Shown one piece after another: positions 54,050-64,000 of a stretch of DNA of 64,000 nt. Within the stretch, counting starts at the first letter, position 1; each line of letters starts with the position of its first letter. The notes beneath the pieces were generated by a model. That model searched no databases, had not been told where the DNA came from, and was given only the letters and a program-made list of their open reading frames with translations. This stretch comes from Escherichia coli (GTDB taxonomy: Bacteria; Pseudomonadota; Gammaproteobacteria; Enterobacterales; Enterobacteriaceae): NCBI RefSeq assembly GCF_030013205.1, contig NZ_CP122648.1, one strand, 5' to 3'. A program made the position numbers and the translations under genes.

Positions 54050-56683
54050 TTATTTGGGAAGCGCAGTTCCCCATTCACGCCACTCTTTCGGTTCACTTTC
54101 CTGCAACAGGAAGTGCTTGCCTTCCTGGGCTTTCGGTGCCAGCGGCGTACCCGGAGGCGTAGCGAAGGCGATGCCGCCACGGATAAACTGGTTAAAGGTG
54201 CCGGTTTTCACGACGCCGCCCGTCAGACCAAAGTCCAGACTGTAACCCGATGCCAACCAGAAGACGGAATTGTTACGCACCAGGTGTTGATAGCGTTTAC
54301 TGATGCGCATCGCAATCATCACGCGATCTGACAATGTCCCCAGCGTCATTCCGGTAACCGTACCGACTTCCAGACCACGGAACAGCACAGGCGTACCGAT
54401 GCCTAACGAACCGGCTTCCGGCGCTTCAACAATAATGCTTAAGCCATCCAGGTAACGCGAATCAGTTATGGTGGCCTCTTGTAATTCAAAGTCGCGGCGA
54501 GGGTTGCCCCGTCCTGGTTCGACGTTGATATACGGCTGGAGGATAGTATCAAGATGCTCAACGCCAGCTGCCGAAATTTGCGGTGTGACAACTGAGAAGC
54601 GCGTACCACCGCGAGCAAAGGTCTGGACATATTCCGGATAGAGCACCGCCTTTGCCTGTACTTCATTGCGCGCGGTAATCAGATCCAGCGTCTGGATTTG
54701 CCCGATATCAATACCGAGATAGCGAATTGGCATCCCGACCGCCAGTTTTCCGGCATCGAAAGCGTGAAGCGTAATCTGCCCGCCAACCGCACGGGCTGCT
54801 GTTTCGGAAGCATACAGAATACGCTTATCGCCTTTACGCTGACTGGCGCTGGCACCGCTGAGGTTATCGAAGCTAATAGCCCCCTTTAATGCTCTGGAGA
54901 GCGGGGATGCCTGTACGGTCAGGCCACTACCATTCAGCTGAACTTTCGCCCCACCTTCTGCCCAGAACACGCTGTTGCTGGTCAGAAGGTTGCGATACTC
55001 CGGCTTAATATGCAGATCGATATCAAACGCGTTAGCTCGCGGACGCACGGTAATAACTTCACCAACTTCAAATTTACGGTACAGCACTACCGATCCTGCC
55101 TGCACATCCGGCAGCGTCTCTGCACTCAAACTCACGGTTGTGGTGGGTAAATCGCTAAGGCTGTTCTCCAGCGCTTTTTCCAGATTGGCATACAGTGGAT
55201 AGCTGGCTTTCATCTCGCCTTTATCGCCTGGCAGAATACGTATCCCGCCGTTAATCCATTCTGAGGCGCTGGCACCGAGAAACTCAACGCCATCCAGCCC
55301 CACCTTCACGTCGACACGGCTGTTGACGACAAATTTGCTATCGCCTTTTACCAGTTCGCGATGCTGAGGCTCGATGGCGACGGTAAAGGTGACGCCTTTG
55401 CTGGTGAGTTTACGATCAATAACCTGGCCTACCTGCACGCCGTGAAGAATGAGCGGTTGACCAGCATCAATACCGTAACTTTCCGGCGCGGTCAGGGTCA
55501 GTGTCAGAACATCCGGCTCTTGCAGTAGGGCTTTTTCGCCGGGCACAACAACGAACTCTTTGCGTGGCTCGCCATCGCCGGGCACCAACTCAAAGGTTTT
55601 TCCGGTCAGCAGGGCGCTGAGATTGGCATCGCTAAGGGATAATTTCGGGTTGCGTAATTCGATGCGGGTATTTTCACGAAGCAGGGTGACGACGCTGGGA
55701 TCAACGGTCATTTCCCCAGTGACTTTACCACCAGGATTTAAATCCAGTTTAGTCAGCTGTCCGACTTCCAGCCCCTGATACATTAACGGCGTCGAGTCGG
55801 CGGTTAATCCGGCCCCACTCGGCAGTTCCAGTTTGATTATTACGCCACGCTGGCTGTGGGCGAGATCTTCATACAGACCAAAGGTATCTTCCGCCTCGGC
55901 AGGTTTCGACTCTTCAGGTGAATCGAAGGCAATCGCACCGTTAACCAGTGCCGCCAGACTTTCCAGTTTCACCTTCGCGCCACTGATACTGACGTTGGCA
56001 TCAACGCCGGAAACGTTCCAGAAACGGCTACCTTTTTTCACCAGGTCGGTAAAACGCCGCTCGATCAGGACATCAATCACCACGCCTTGCTTGTTGGGAT
56101 TGATGGCATAGTCGTAGACTTTTCCGACCGGGATCTTGCGGAAATAGACCAATGAACCGCTGTTCAGCGAACCGAGATCGGGGGCTTGCAGGTGGATCAT
56201 CAGATCGCCATTGTCCAGCCGATATTTCGGTTGGGTATCGAGTGCGACAAAGTGATCCTGCTCTTTACCTTTACCCGGCATCATGCCGATATAGTTACCA
56301 CCGACGAGGGCATCCAGCCCGGAGACACCTGCCAGCGAGGCCTTTGGCGTCACCAGCCAGAACTGTGTCTCTTCGCGCAGCGCATCTTTCATATCAGACT
56401 TGATGCTGACCTTGACTTCAATCTTACGAAGATCGTCGCTCAGGCTGATATCCTGCACAGTTCCGACTTCAACGCCCTGATAACGAACAGGGGTGCGGCC
56501 CGGGACAATACCATCCGCCGACATAAAGTCGATGGTGACGGTATTACCCCGGTCCTGATAACTATCCCAAATCAGCCAACCGGCAATCATTAGCGCGATG
56601 AATGGCAGCAGCCAGAAAGGTGAGATACGGCGTTTATTTTTAATCTGCGCTTCAGTCGTCGAAGCGGGCGTTTCCTGACTCAT
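54050..56683 (-). CDS. letB: Lipophilic envelope-spanning tunnel protein LetB (YebT), multi-MCE-domain
   Basis: 877 aa from ATG at 56683 ([28 protein letters not shown]); repeated MCE domains. Confidence 0.93.
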   Translation of the reverse strand: MSQETPASTTEAQIKNKRRISPFWLLPFIALMIAGWLIWDSYQDRGNTVTIDFMSADGIVPGRTPVRYQGVEVGTVQDISLSDDLRKIEVKVSIKSDMKDALREETQFWLVTPKASLAGVSGLDALVGGNYIGMMPGKGKEQDHFVALDTQPKYRLDNGDLMIHLQAPDLGSLNSGSLVYFRKIPVGKVYDYAINPNKQGVVIDVLIERRFTDLVKKGSRFWNVSGVDANVSISGAKVKLESLAALVNGAIAFDSPEESKPAEAEDTFGLYEDLAHSQRGVIIKLELPSGAGLTADSTPLMYQGLEVGQLTKLDLNPGGKVTGEMTVDPSVVTLLRENTRIELRNPKLSLSDANLSALLTGKTFELVPGDGEPRKEFVVVPGEKALLQEPDVLTLTLTAPESYGIDAGQPLILHGVQVGQVIDRKLTSKGVTFTVAIEPQHRELVKGDSKFVVNSRVDVKVGLDGVEFLGASASEWINGGIRILPGDKGEMKASYPLYANLEKALENSLSDLPTTTVSLSAETLPDVQAGSVVLYRKFEVGEVITVRPRANAFDIDLHIKPEYRNLLTSNSVFWAEGGAKVQLNGSGLTVQASPLSRALKGAISFDNLSGASASQRKGDKRILYASETAARAVGGQITLHAFDAGKLAVGMPIRYLGIDIGQIQTLDLITARNEVQAKAVLYPEYVQTFARGGTRFSVVTPQISAAGVEHLDTILQPYINVEPGRGNPRRDFELQEATITDSRYLDGLSIIVEAPEAGSLGIGTPVLFRGLEVGTVTGMTLGTLSDRVMIAMRISKRYQHLVRNNSVFWLASGYSLDFGLTGGVVKTGTFNQFIRGGIAFATPPGTPLAPKAQEGKHFLLQESEPKEWREWGTALPK

Positions 56684-57935
56684 GTGCATCCCAAAGTAAG
56701 CGGCTGTCCAGCCATTCCACAGCAAGAATAGTCAAAATTACCGCTGCGCCGAAATAAAACGCAGCCGGTCCCATAGTAAAAGCGAGGATCTGATCGCGAT
56801 TAATCAGCGACATGGTTAAAGATATGACAAACAGGTCGAGCATCGACCAGCGACCAATCCAGGTCACCATCCGCAGTAACAGAATGCGTGTGCGTAAACC
56901 TTGCTGGCATTTAAAATGAATACTCAACAGTAAAGTGAACATGACGATCACTTTAGTAAACGGTACCAGAATACTGGCGATAAACACGATTCCCGCAACG
57001 GCAATGTTGCTACTTGCCAGCGACATAATTCCGGAAAGAATTGTATCTTCCTGCCGTCCTCCGTTCAGATAAATGATAGAAATAGGCAACAGGTTGGCAG
57101 GTAACAACAAAACGATTGACGCTAACAGCGCCGCCCAGCATTTTTGCAGACTATGACGGCGACGCAGGCGTAGCGGGATATGGCAACGCGGGCAGCGACC
57201 ACGCTGATCAGGATAGCCGGTAAAATGGCACCCAAGACAGACACGGAGTTTCTCGTCCCTACGCGTAGCGGGGCGCTGCGGATAAAATCGCTCCCACAGT
57301 TCTTCGACATTGAGATGTGACAACGTCACCGTCGTTAAAATCACCAACGCCACAAAAGAGAACAAGCCGACACCCGTCTGGATATGGGCATAATCCTGCA
57401 CCTTTATAGAAGCAACGCCAATGCCGACCAGGTAGATATCGAGCATTACCCACTCTTTCAGTCGCTCAAGCATCAGCAGTACCGGACGTAGATTCATTCC
57501 CAGTCGGTTACCAAACCATAAATAAGCTATGGAGGTCACCAGAATGAGGGGGGCACCAATAACGCAAAAAAAGACCATTGATCCCGTTATCGCATCGCCC
57601 TGTTTGGTCATTTGCCAGATGCCTTGCATGACGTTGGCGTCAATACGAATGCCTAACAGCCAGATATGCAACAGCGGTTCGCCCCAGGCAAACGGCATCA
57701 GCAACAGCATGGTGAAGGCCATTGCCGCCAGGCGCGTTAGCGACCAGTCGCGCCCGTCACGAATTTTTGCCTGACAGCGCGGACAATAGGCACTTTGATG
57801 AGAATTTATCTCGGGCAGGCTAAACAGCATGTCACATTGCGGGCAACGTTGGTAATCACCACGCGGCAGTTCCTCGCCCATAGCCCTCACTGTTATCTTT
57901 TTTGTCGGCGTAATTTGTGGTGTGTTAAGAGCCAT
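56652..57935 (-). CDS. letA: Inner membrane protein LetA (YebS), PqiA-like
   Basis: 427 aa; zinc-ribbon-like CPQC...CPRC motifs; overlaps letB start by 32 nt. Confidence 0.93.
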   Translation of the reverse strand: MALNTPQITPTKKITVRAMGEELPRGDYQRCPQCDMLFSLPEINSHQSAYCPRCQAKIRDGRDWSLTRLAAMAFTMLLLMPFAWGEPLLHIWLLGIRIDANVMQGIWQMTKQGDAITGSMVFFCVIGAPLILVTSIAYLWFGNRLGMNLRPVLLMLERLKEWVMLDIYLVGIGVASIKVQDYAHIQTGVGLFSFVALVILTTVTLSHLNVEELWERFYPQRPATRRDEKLRVCLGCHFTGYPDQRGRCPRCHIPLRLRRRHSLQKCWAALLASIVLLLPANLLPISIIYLNGGRQEDTILSGIMSLASSNIAVAGIVFIASILVPFTKVIVMFTLLLSIHFKCQQGLRTRILLLRMVTWIGRWSMLDLFVISLTMSLINRDQILAFTMGPAAFYFGAAVILTILAVEWLDSRLLWDAHESGNARFDD

Positions 57936-58064
57936 GACGTGCCAAATGTAATAAGAATTAACATTAATCTTAACCCATGATGGGAATGATCTTGAGCATT
58001 AACGCATTTAATGCTTATTTTAATAGGCTGGCAGTTCCAGGTAAGACAACCAAGTGATTATATA

Positions 58065-58562
58065 ATGAACAAAACAGAATTTTACGCGGATTTAAATCGC
58101 GACTTTAACGCGCTGATGGCAGGAGAAACCAGTTTTCTGGCAACGCTTGCGAACACCAGTGCGTTGTTATATGAGCGTCTCACTGACGTAAACTGGGCAG
58201 GTTTTTATTTGCTTGAGGACGATACACTGGTGCTCGGACCATTTCAGGGCAAAATTGCCTGTGTCCGGATACCCGTCGGGCGCGGCGTGTGCGGCACTGC
58301 GGTTGCCCGCAATCAAGTGCAGCGTATCGAGGATGTTCATGCGTTTGACGGGCATATTGCCTGTGATGCGACGAGTAATTCTGAAATTGTTCTGCCGCTG
58401 GTGGTGAAAAATCAGATTATTGGTGTTCTCGACATCGATAGTACCGTCTTCGGTCGCTTTACAGACGAGGACGAGCAAGGCTTACGTCAGCTTGTGGCAC
58501 AGCTTGAAAAGGTGCTTGCAACGACGGATTACAAAAAATTCTTTGCGAGCGTCGCAGGATAA
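58065..58562 (+). CDS. msrC: Free methionine-(R)-sulfoxide reductase MsrC (GAF domain)
   Basis: 165 aa from ATG 58065 (MNKTEFYADLNRDF); six-frame ORF starts at 58011. Confidence 0.92.
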   Translation: MNKTEFYADLNRDFNALMAGETSFLATLANTSALLYERLTDVNWAGFYLLEDDTLVLGPFQGKIACVRIPVGRGVCGTAVARNQVQRIEDVHAFDGHIACDATSNSEIVLPLVVKNQIIGVLDIDSTVFGRFTDEDEQGLRQLVAQLEKVLATTDYKKFFASVAG

Positions 58563-58658
58563 TCAACGGATAACGTAGCATTTACTGATAGCGTCATTAT
58601 AATGACGCCTGTTCATGCCTGCGCTTGTTGGCTACGTCCGTTGTAATCAGGAAATTTC

Positions 58659-59357
58659 ATGGAAAATCAACCTAAGTTGAATAGCAGTAAAGAAGTAATC
58701 GCGTTTCTGGCCGAACGTTTTCCCCACTGTTTCAGTGCGGAAGGTGAAGCGCGTCCGCTGAAAATCGGTATTTTTCAGGATTTGGTCGATCGTGTTGCCG
58801 GGGAAATGAACCTGAGCAAAACGCAATTACGATCCGCTTTACGTCTCTACACTTCGAGCTGGCGTTATCTTTACGGTGTTAAACCCGGCGCAACGCGTGT
58901 CGATCTTGACGGCAACCCATGCGGTGAGCTGGACGAGCAACATGTAGAGCATGCTCGCAAGCAGCTTGAAGAAGCGAAAGCGCGTGTTCAGGCACAGCGT
59001 GCTGAACAGCAAGCGAAAAAACGCGAAGCTGCCGCAGCTGCTGGTGAGAAAGAAGACGCACCGCGCCGCGAACGCAAGCCACGTCCGACCACGCCACGCC
59101 GCAAAGAAGGCGCTGAACGTAAACCTCGTGCGCAAAAGCCGGTAGAGAAAGCGCCAAAAACAGTAAAAGCACCTCGCGAAGAACAGCACACCCCGGTTTC
59201 TGACATTTCAGCTCTGACTGTCGGACAAGCCCTGAAGGTGAAAGCGGGTCAAAACGCGATGGATGCCACCGTATTAGAAATCACCAAAGACGGCGTCCGC
59301 GTCCAGCTGAATTCGGGTATGTCTTTGATTGTGCGCGCAGAACACCTGGTGTTCTGA
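58659..59357 (+). CDS. proQ: RNA chaperone ProQ
   Basis: 232 aa; [25 protein letters not shown]...; Lys/Arg/Ala-rich linker. Confidence 0.96.
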
Positions 59358-59376
59358 AACGGAGGCCGGGCCAGGC

Positions 59377-61425
59377 ATGAACATGTTTTTTAGGCTTACC
59401 GCGTTAGCTGGCCTGCTTGCAATAGCAGGCCAGACCTTCGCTGTAGAAGATATCACGCGTGCTGATCAAATTCCGGTATTAAAGGAAGAGACGCAGCATG
59501 CGACGGTGAGTGAGCGCGTAACGTCGCGCTTCACCCGTTCTCATTATCGCCAGTTCGACCTCGATCAGGCATTTTCGGCCAAAATCTTTGACCGCTACCT
59601 GAATCTGCTCGATTACAGCCACAACGTGCTGCTGGCAAGCGATGTTGAACAGTTCGCGAAAAAGAAAACCGAGTTAGGTGATGAACTGCGTTCAGGAAAA
59701 CTCGACGTTTTCTACGATCTCTACAATCTGGCGCAAAAGCGCCGTTTTGAGCGTTACCAGTACGCTTTGTCGGTACTGGAAAAGCCGATGGATTTTACCG
59801 GTAACGACACTTATAACCTTGACCGCAGCAAAGCGCCCTGGCCGAAAAACGAGGCTGAGTTGAACGCGCTGTGGGACAGTAAAGTCAAATTCGACGAGTT
59901 AAGCCTGAAGCTGGCAGGAAAAACGGATAAAGAAATTCGTGAAACCCTGACTCGCCGCTACAAATTTGCCATTCGTCGTCTGGCGCAAACCAACAGCGAA
60001 GATGTTTTCTCGCTGGCAATGACGGCGTTTGCACGTGAAATCGACCCGCATACCAACTATCTTTCCCCGCGTAATACCGAACAGTTCAACACTGAAATGA
60101 GTTTGTCGCTGGAAGGTATTGGCGCAGTTCTGCAAATGGATGATGACTACACCGTTATCAATTCGATGGTGGCAGGTGGTCCGGCAGCGAAGAGTAAAGC
60201 TATCAGCGTTGGTGACAAAATTGTCGGTGTTGGTCAAACAGGCAAGCCGATGGTTGACGTGATTGGCTGGCGTCTTGATGATGTGGTTGCCTTAATTAAA
60301 GGGCCGAAGGGCAGTAAAGTTCGTCTGGAAATTTTACCTGCTGGTAAAGGGACCAAGACCCGTACTGTAACGTTGACCCGTGAACGTATTCGCCTCGAAG
60401 ACCGTGCGGTTAAAATGTCGGTGAAGACCGTCGGTAAAGAGAAAGTCGGCGTGCTGGATATTCCAGGTTTCTATGTGGGTTTGACAGACGATGTCAAAGT
60501 GCAGTTGCAGAAACTGGAAAAACAGAATGTCAGCAGTGTCATCATCGACCTGCGTAGCAATGGCGGTGGGGCGTTGACCGAAGCGGTATCGCTCTCCGGT
60601 CTGTTCATTCCATCCGGTCCGATTGTTCAGGTCCGTGATAACAACGGTAAAGTTCGTGAAGACAGCGATACTGATGGGCAGGTTTTCTATAAAGGCCCGC
60701 TGGTGGTGCTGGTTGACCGCTTCAGTGCTTCGGCTTCAGAAATCTTTGCCGCGGCAATGCAGGATTACGGTCGTGCGCTGGTTGTGGGTGAACCGACGTT
60801 TGGTAAAGGCACTGTTCAGCAATACCGTTCATTGAACCGTATCTACGATCAGATGTTACGTCCTGAATGGCCAGCGCTGGGTTCTGTGCAGTACACGATC
60901 CAGAAATTCTATCGCGTTAACGGCGGCAGTACGCAACGTAAAGGCGTAACGCCAGACATCATCATGCCGACGGGTAATGAAGAAACGGAAACGGGTGAGA
61001 AATTCGAAGATAACGCGCTGCCGTGGGATAGCATCGATGCCGCGACCTATGTGAAATCGGGAGATTTGACGGCCTTTGGACCGGAGCTGCTGAAGGAACA
61101 TAATGCGCGTATCGCGAAAGATCCAGAGTTCCAGAACATCATGAAGGATATCGCGCGCTTCAACGCTATGAAGGACAAGCGCAATATCGTTTCTCTGAAT
61201 TACGCTGTGCGTGAGAAAGAGAATAATGAAGATGATGCGACGCGTCTGGCGCGTTTGAACGAACGCTTTAAGCGCGAAGGTAAACCGGAGTTGAAGAAAC
61301 TGGATGATCTACCTAAAGATTACCAGGAGCCGGATCCTTATCTGGATGAGACGGTGAATATCGCACTCGATCTGGCAAAGCTTGAAAAAGCCAGACCCGC
61401 GGAACAACCCGCTCCCGTCAAGTAA
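59377..61425 (+). CDS. prc: Tail-specific protease Prc (Tsp)
   Basis: 682 aa from ATG 59377 (MNMFFRLTALAGLLAIAG, signal peptide); six-frame ORF starts at 59329. Confidence 0.95.
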   Translation: MNMFFRLTALAGLLAIAGQTFAVEDITRADQIPVLKEETQHATVSERVTSRFTRSHYRQFDLDQAFSAKIFDRYLNLLDYSHNVLLASDVEQFAKKKTELGDELRSGKLDVFYDLYNLAQKRRFERYQYALSVLEKPMDFTGNDTYNLDRSKAPWPKNEAELNALWDSKVKFDELSLKLAGKTDKEIRETLTRRYKFAIRRLAQTNSEDVFSLAMTAFAREIDPHTNYLSPRNTEQFNTEMSLSLEGIGAVLQMDDDYTVINSMVAGGPAAKSKAISVGDKIVGVGQTGKPMVDVIGWRLDDVVALIKGPKGSKVRLEILPAGKGTKTRTVTLTRERIRLEDRAVKMSVKTVGKEKVGVLDIPGFYVGLTDDVKVQLQKLEKQNVSSVIIDLRSNGGGALTEAVSLSGLFIPSGPIVQVRDNNGKVREDSDTDGQVFYKGPLVVLVDRFSASASEIFAAAMQDYGRALVVGEPTFGKGTVQQYRSLNRIYDQMLRPEWPALGSVQYTIQKFYRVNGGSTQRKGVTPDIIMPTGNEETETGEKFEDNALPWDSIDAATYVKSGDLTAFGPELLKEHNARIAKDPEFQNIMKDIARFNAMKDKRNIVSLNYAVREKENNEDDATRLARLNERFKREGKPELKKLDDLPKDYQEPDPYLDETVNIALDLAKLEKARPAEQPAPVK

Positions 61426-61433
61426 TATCAATC

Positions 61434-61461
61434 AGGCACAAGAAATTGTGCCTTATTTTTT
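61434..61461 (+). terminator. Rho-independent terminator downstream of prc
   Basis: aggcacaa-gaaa-ttgtgcct followed by a T-run. Confidence 0.8.
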
Positions 61462-61616
61462 AACAGCGGCAAGATGCCGTAAATCAGATGCTACAAAATG
61501 TAAAGTTGTGTCTTTCTGGTGACTTACGCACTATCCAGACTTGAAAATAGTCGCGTAACCCATACGATGTGGGTATCGCATATTGCGTTTTGTTAAACTG
61601 AGGTAAAAAGAAAATT

Positions 61617-62498
61617 ATGATGCGAATCGCGCTCTTCCTGCTAACGAACCTGGCCGTAATGGTCGTTTTCGGGCTGGTACTGAGCCTGACAGGGATACAG
61701 TCGAGCAGCGTTCAGGGGCTGATGATCATGGCCTTGCTGTTCGGTTTTGGTGGTTCCTTCGTTTCGCTTCTGATGTCCAAATGGATGGCATTACGATCTG
61801 TTGGCGGGGAAGTGATCGAGCAACCGCGTAACGAAAGGGAACGTTGGCTGGTCAATACTGTAGCAACCCAGGCTCGTCAGGCGGGGATCGCTATGCCGCA
61901 AGTGGCTATCTACCATGCGCCGGACATCAACGCTTTTGCAACCGGTGCGCGCCGTGATGCCTCTCTGGTTGCTGTCAGCACCGGTTTGCTGCAGAACATG
62001 AGCCCGGATGAAGCCGAGGCGGTAATTGCTCACGAAATCAGCCACATCGCCAATGGTGATATGGTCACCATGACGCTGATTCAGGGCGTGGTGAACACCT
62101 TCGTTATCTTTATTTCCCGTATTCTGGCGCAGCTTGCCGCGGGTTTTATGGGCGGAAATCGTGATGAAGGTGAAGAGAGCAACGGCAACCCGCTGATCTA
62201 CTTTGCGGTTGCAACGGTTCTGGAACTGGTGTTTGGTATTCTGGCGAGCATTATCACCATGTGGTTCTCGCGTCATCGTGAATTCCACGCCGATGCGGGT
62301 TCAGCAAAACTGGTTGGTCGCGAGAAAATGATTGCCGCGCTGCAGCGCCTGAAAACCAGCTATGAACCGCAAGAAGCAACCAGCATGATGGCTTTCTGCA
62401 TTAACGGTAAGTCGAAATCGCTCAGTGAGTTGTTCATGACTCACCCGCCGCTGGATAAACGTATTGAAGCTCTGCGTACGGGTGAATACCTGAAGTAA
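61617..62498 (+). CDS. htpX: Membrane zinc metalloprotease HtpX (M48)
   Basis: 293 aa; HEISH zinc motif ([10 protein letters not shown]); transmembrane segments. Confidence 0.96.
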
Positions 62499-62513
62499 TA
62501 TGAAGTAAATACT

Positions 62514-62546
62514 AAAAAGCGCGTCCTGAACGACGCGCTTTTTTTA
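62514..62546. terminator. Bidirectional terminator between convergent htpX and yebQ
   Basis: aaaaagcgcgtc-ctgaac-gacgcgcttttttt. Confidence 0.85.
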
Positions 62547-63917
62547 TGCCCTGGATCGTGGCTGAGTGATACGTAAACCACTGACACAGGCAGCAATCAC
62601 TGCCAGAATAGCCGCAGCCATCAGCGAGACGTGCGTACCATTATCACCAAACTGATTTAGCATTAGCGCCACCAGCGCCGCGCCACTACTCTGACCCAAT
62701 AGACGAGCCGTCCCTAACATGCCACTGGCCCCACCGCTACGTTCGCGCGGAGCGGAGGTAATAATGGTGTGGTTATTGGGTGACTGAAATAAGCCAAATC
62801 CAGCGCCACATAAGATCATCGGCCAGATAATATTGATATCCGCAGGTGACGCGGGCAGCAGAACCAGGGAAAAAAGCCCCGCAGCCATGATGAATAATCC
62901 TAAAGCACCCAGCAATCCTGCATGTACGCGTTCAATCAAATAGCCTGCCAGCGGAGCCATCACCATCGTTGCTAACGGCCACGGTGTCAGAAGTAAACCT
63001 GTTTCGACTTCACTACGCCCGAGCACGGTTTGCAGGTAAAAGGGCAGGGAAACCATTGCCAGCATTTGTGCGCAGAAAGAGCAAACAGATGTGCAAATAG
63101 AAAGTGAAAACAGCGGGATACGCAGTAAATCCACCGGTAGCAGCGGTACGGGAAGAGAAAGCTGGCGGCGAATAAAGAAAATACCAACGACAACCATTAC
63201 CACCAGTTCCGCACCAATCAACGTCAGCGATTGCCCCTGAGCGAAACCACTCAACGCAGTGATAAGCAGGCCGAAGGTTAACGCGTTCATCACGGCGCTG
63301 GGCAGGTCGAAACGGGGTTTACTGGCGCGAGAACCATTGGGTGGCAGAAAACGCATCGCCAGAAGCAGGGCGATAATACCCAACGGTACGTTGATTAAAA
63401 ATAACCATTTCCAGGATGCGATGGAGAGGATTGCTGCAGCAATTGTCGGCCCGGCAGCAGAAGATACGGCAACAATAAACGAGTTTATGCCCATCCCTCT
63501 ACCCAGAAAACGTTGTGGATAGATCAGGCGGATAAGTGCGGTATTAACGCTCATCAACGCTGCACCGCCGAAACCTTGTATGACACGCGCAAGGGTGAGC
63601 ATTTGCAGCGAATCAGAAAGGGCGCAGAACAGTGAAGACAACAGAAAAACGACCAGACCGCATTTATAAATACGTCGATAGCCAAACATATCGCCCAGAA
63701 ACGAAAATGAGAGCAGGGAGATGACAATGGCGATTTGATAGGCGTTCACTACCCAGATGGAACTGGCTGGCGTGGCATGAAGGTCCGTGGCGATTGTTGG
63801 CAGTGCGACGTTGGCGATTGCGCCGTCAAGGACAGCCATCGAAATACCAATCACAATGGTTAATATCGCACCGTATCGCTGGGGCAATGGCAGGCCGTCG
63901 GCCTGAACTTTTGGCAT
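62544..63917 (-). CDS. yebQ: MFS-family efflux transporter YebQ
   Basis: 457 aa from ATG at 63917 (MPKVQADGLPLPQRYGAIL); six-frame ORF has a 20-codon extension. Confidence 0.9.
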   Translation of the reverse strand: MPKVQADGLPLPQRYGAILTIVIGISMAVLDGAIANVALPTIATDLHATPASSIWVVNAYQIAIVISLLSFSFLGDMFGYRRIYKCGLVVFLLSSLFCALSDSLQMLTLARVIQGFGGAALMSVNTALIRLIYPQRFLGRGMGINSFIVAVSSAAGPTIAAAILSIASWKWLFLINVPLGIIALLLAMRFLPPNGSRASKPRFDLPSAVMNALTFGLLITALSGFAQGQSLTLIGAELVVMVVVGIFFIRRQLSLPVPLLPVDLLRIPLFSLSICTSVCSFCAQMLAMVSLPFYLQTVLGRSEVETGLLLTPWPLATMVMAPLAGYLIERVHAGLLGALGLFIMAAGLFSLVLLPASPADINIIWPMILCGAGFGLFQSPNNHTIITSAPRERSGGASGMLGTARLLGQSSGAALVALMLNQFGDNGTHVSLMAAAILAVIAACVSGLRITQPRSRA

Positions 63918-64000
63918 AGGAATTTTATATCTTTGGTGAATAATCAACAGGGGTATGATTCTAGCACTGATATTCACGGTGGATGTCGCAGAATTGTAAC

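Noticed and set aside
61462-61616. Possible CpxR box (GTAAA-N5-GTAAA) upstream of htpX
   Set aside because: Only a single GTAAA half-site (in atgtaaagttgtg) could be found by eye; not enough to call a site.

Overview
The window is a syntenic Escherichia coli-type core chromosome segment (not Salmonella, since tap is present), read in reverse relative to K-12 map order. Gene names and operator assignments are from recall of K-12 proteins and motifs, not from any database search. Gene order: tar-tap-cheRBYZ, flhBAE, argS, yecM-cutC, torYZ, cmoBA, yecN-yecE-yecD, aspS, nudB-yebC-ruvC, yebB, ruvAB, znuBC/znuA, mepM, lpxM, pykA, hexR/zwf, edd-eda, purT, yebG, yebF, yebE, ptrB, exoX, yobB, holE, yobA-yebZ-yebY, sdsR/ryeA, pphA, yebW, yebV, rsmF, letBA, msrC, proQ-prc, htpX, yebQ. 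Start codons were chosen where the six-frame ORF carried an N-terminal extension over the recalled K-12 protein. Three things are strain-specific: a partial IS200 copy running off the window start and ending just upstream of the tar sigma-28 promoter; an apparently intact IS200/IS605-family element (divergent tnpA and tnpB) between yebE and ptrB; and no yecT-like gene between flhE and argS. No rRNA, tRNA or CRISPR array was found, and all housekeeping genes look intact. The IS605-family element, with its TnpB nuclease and probable omega-RNA, is the most interesting locus, but it belongs to a described class; I found no convincing evidence of an undescribed system.
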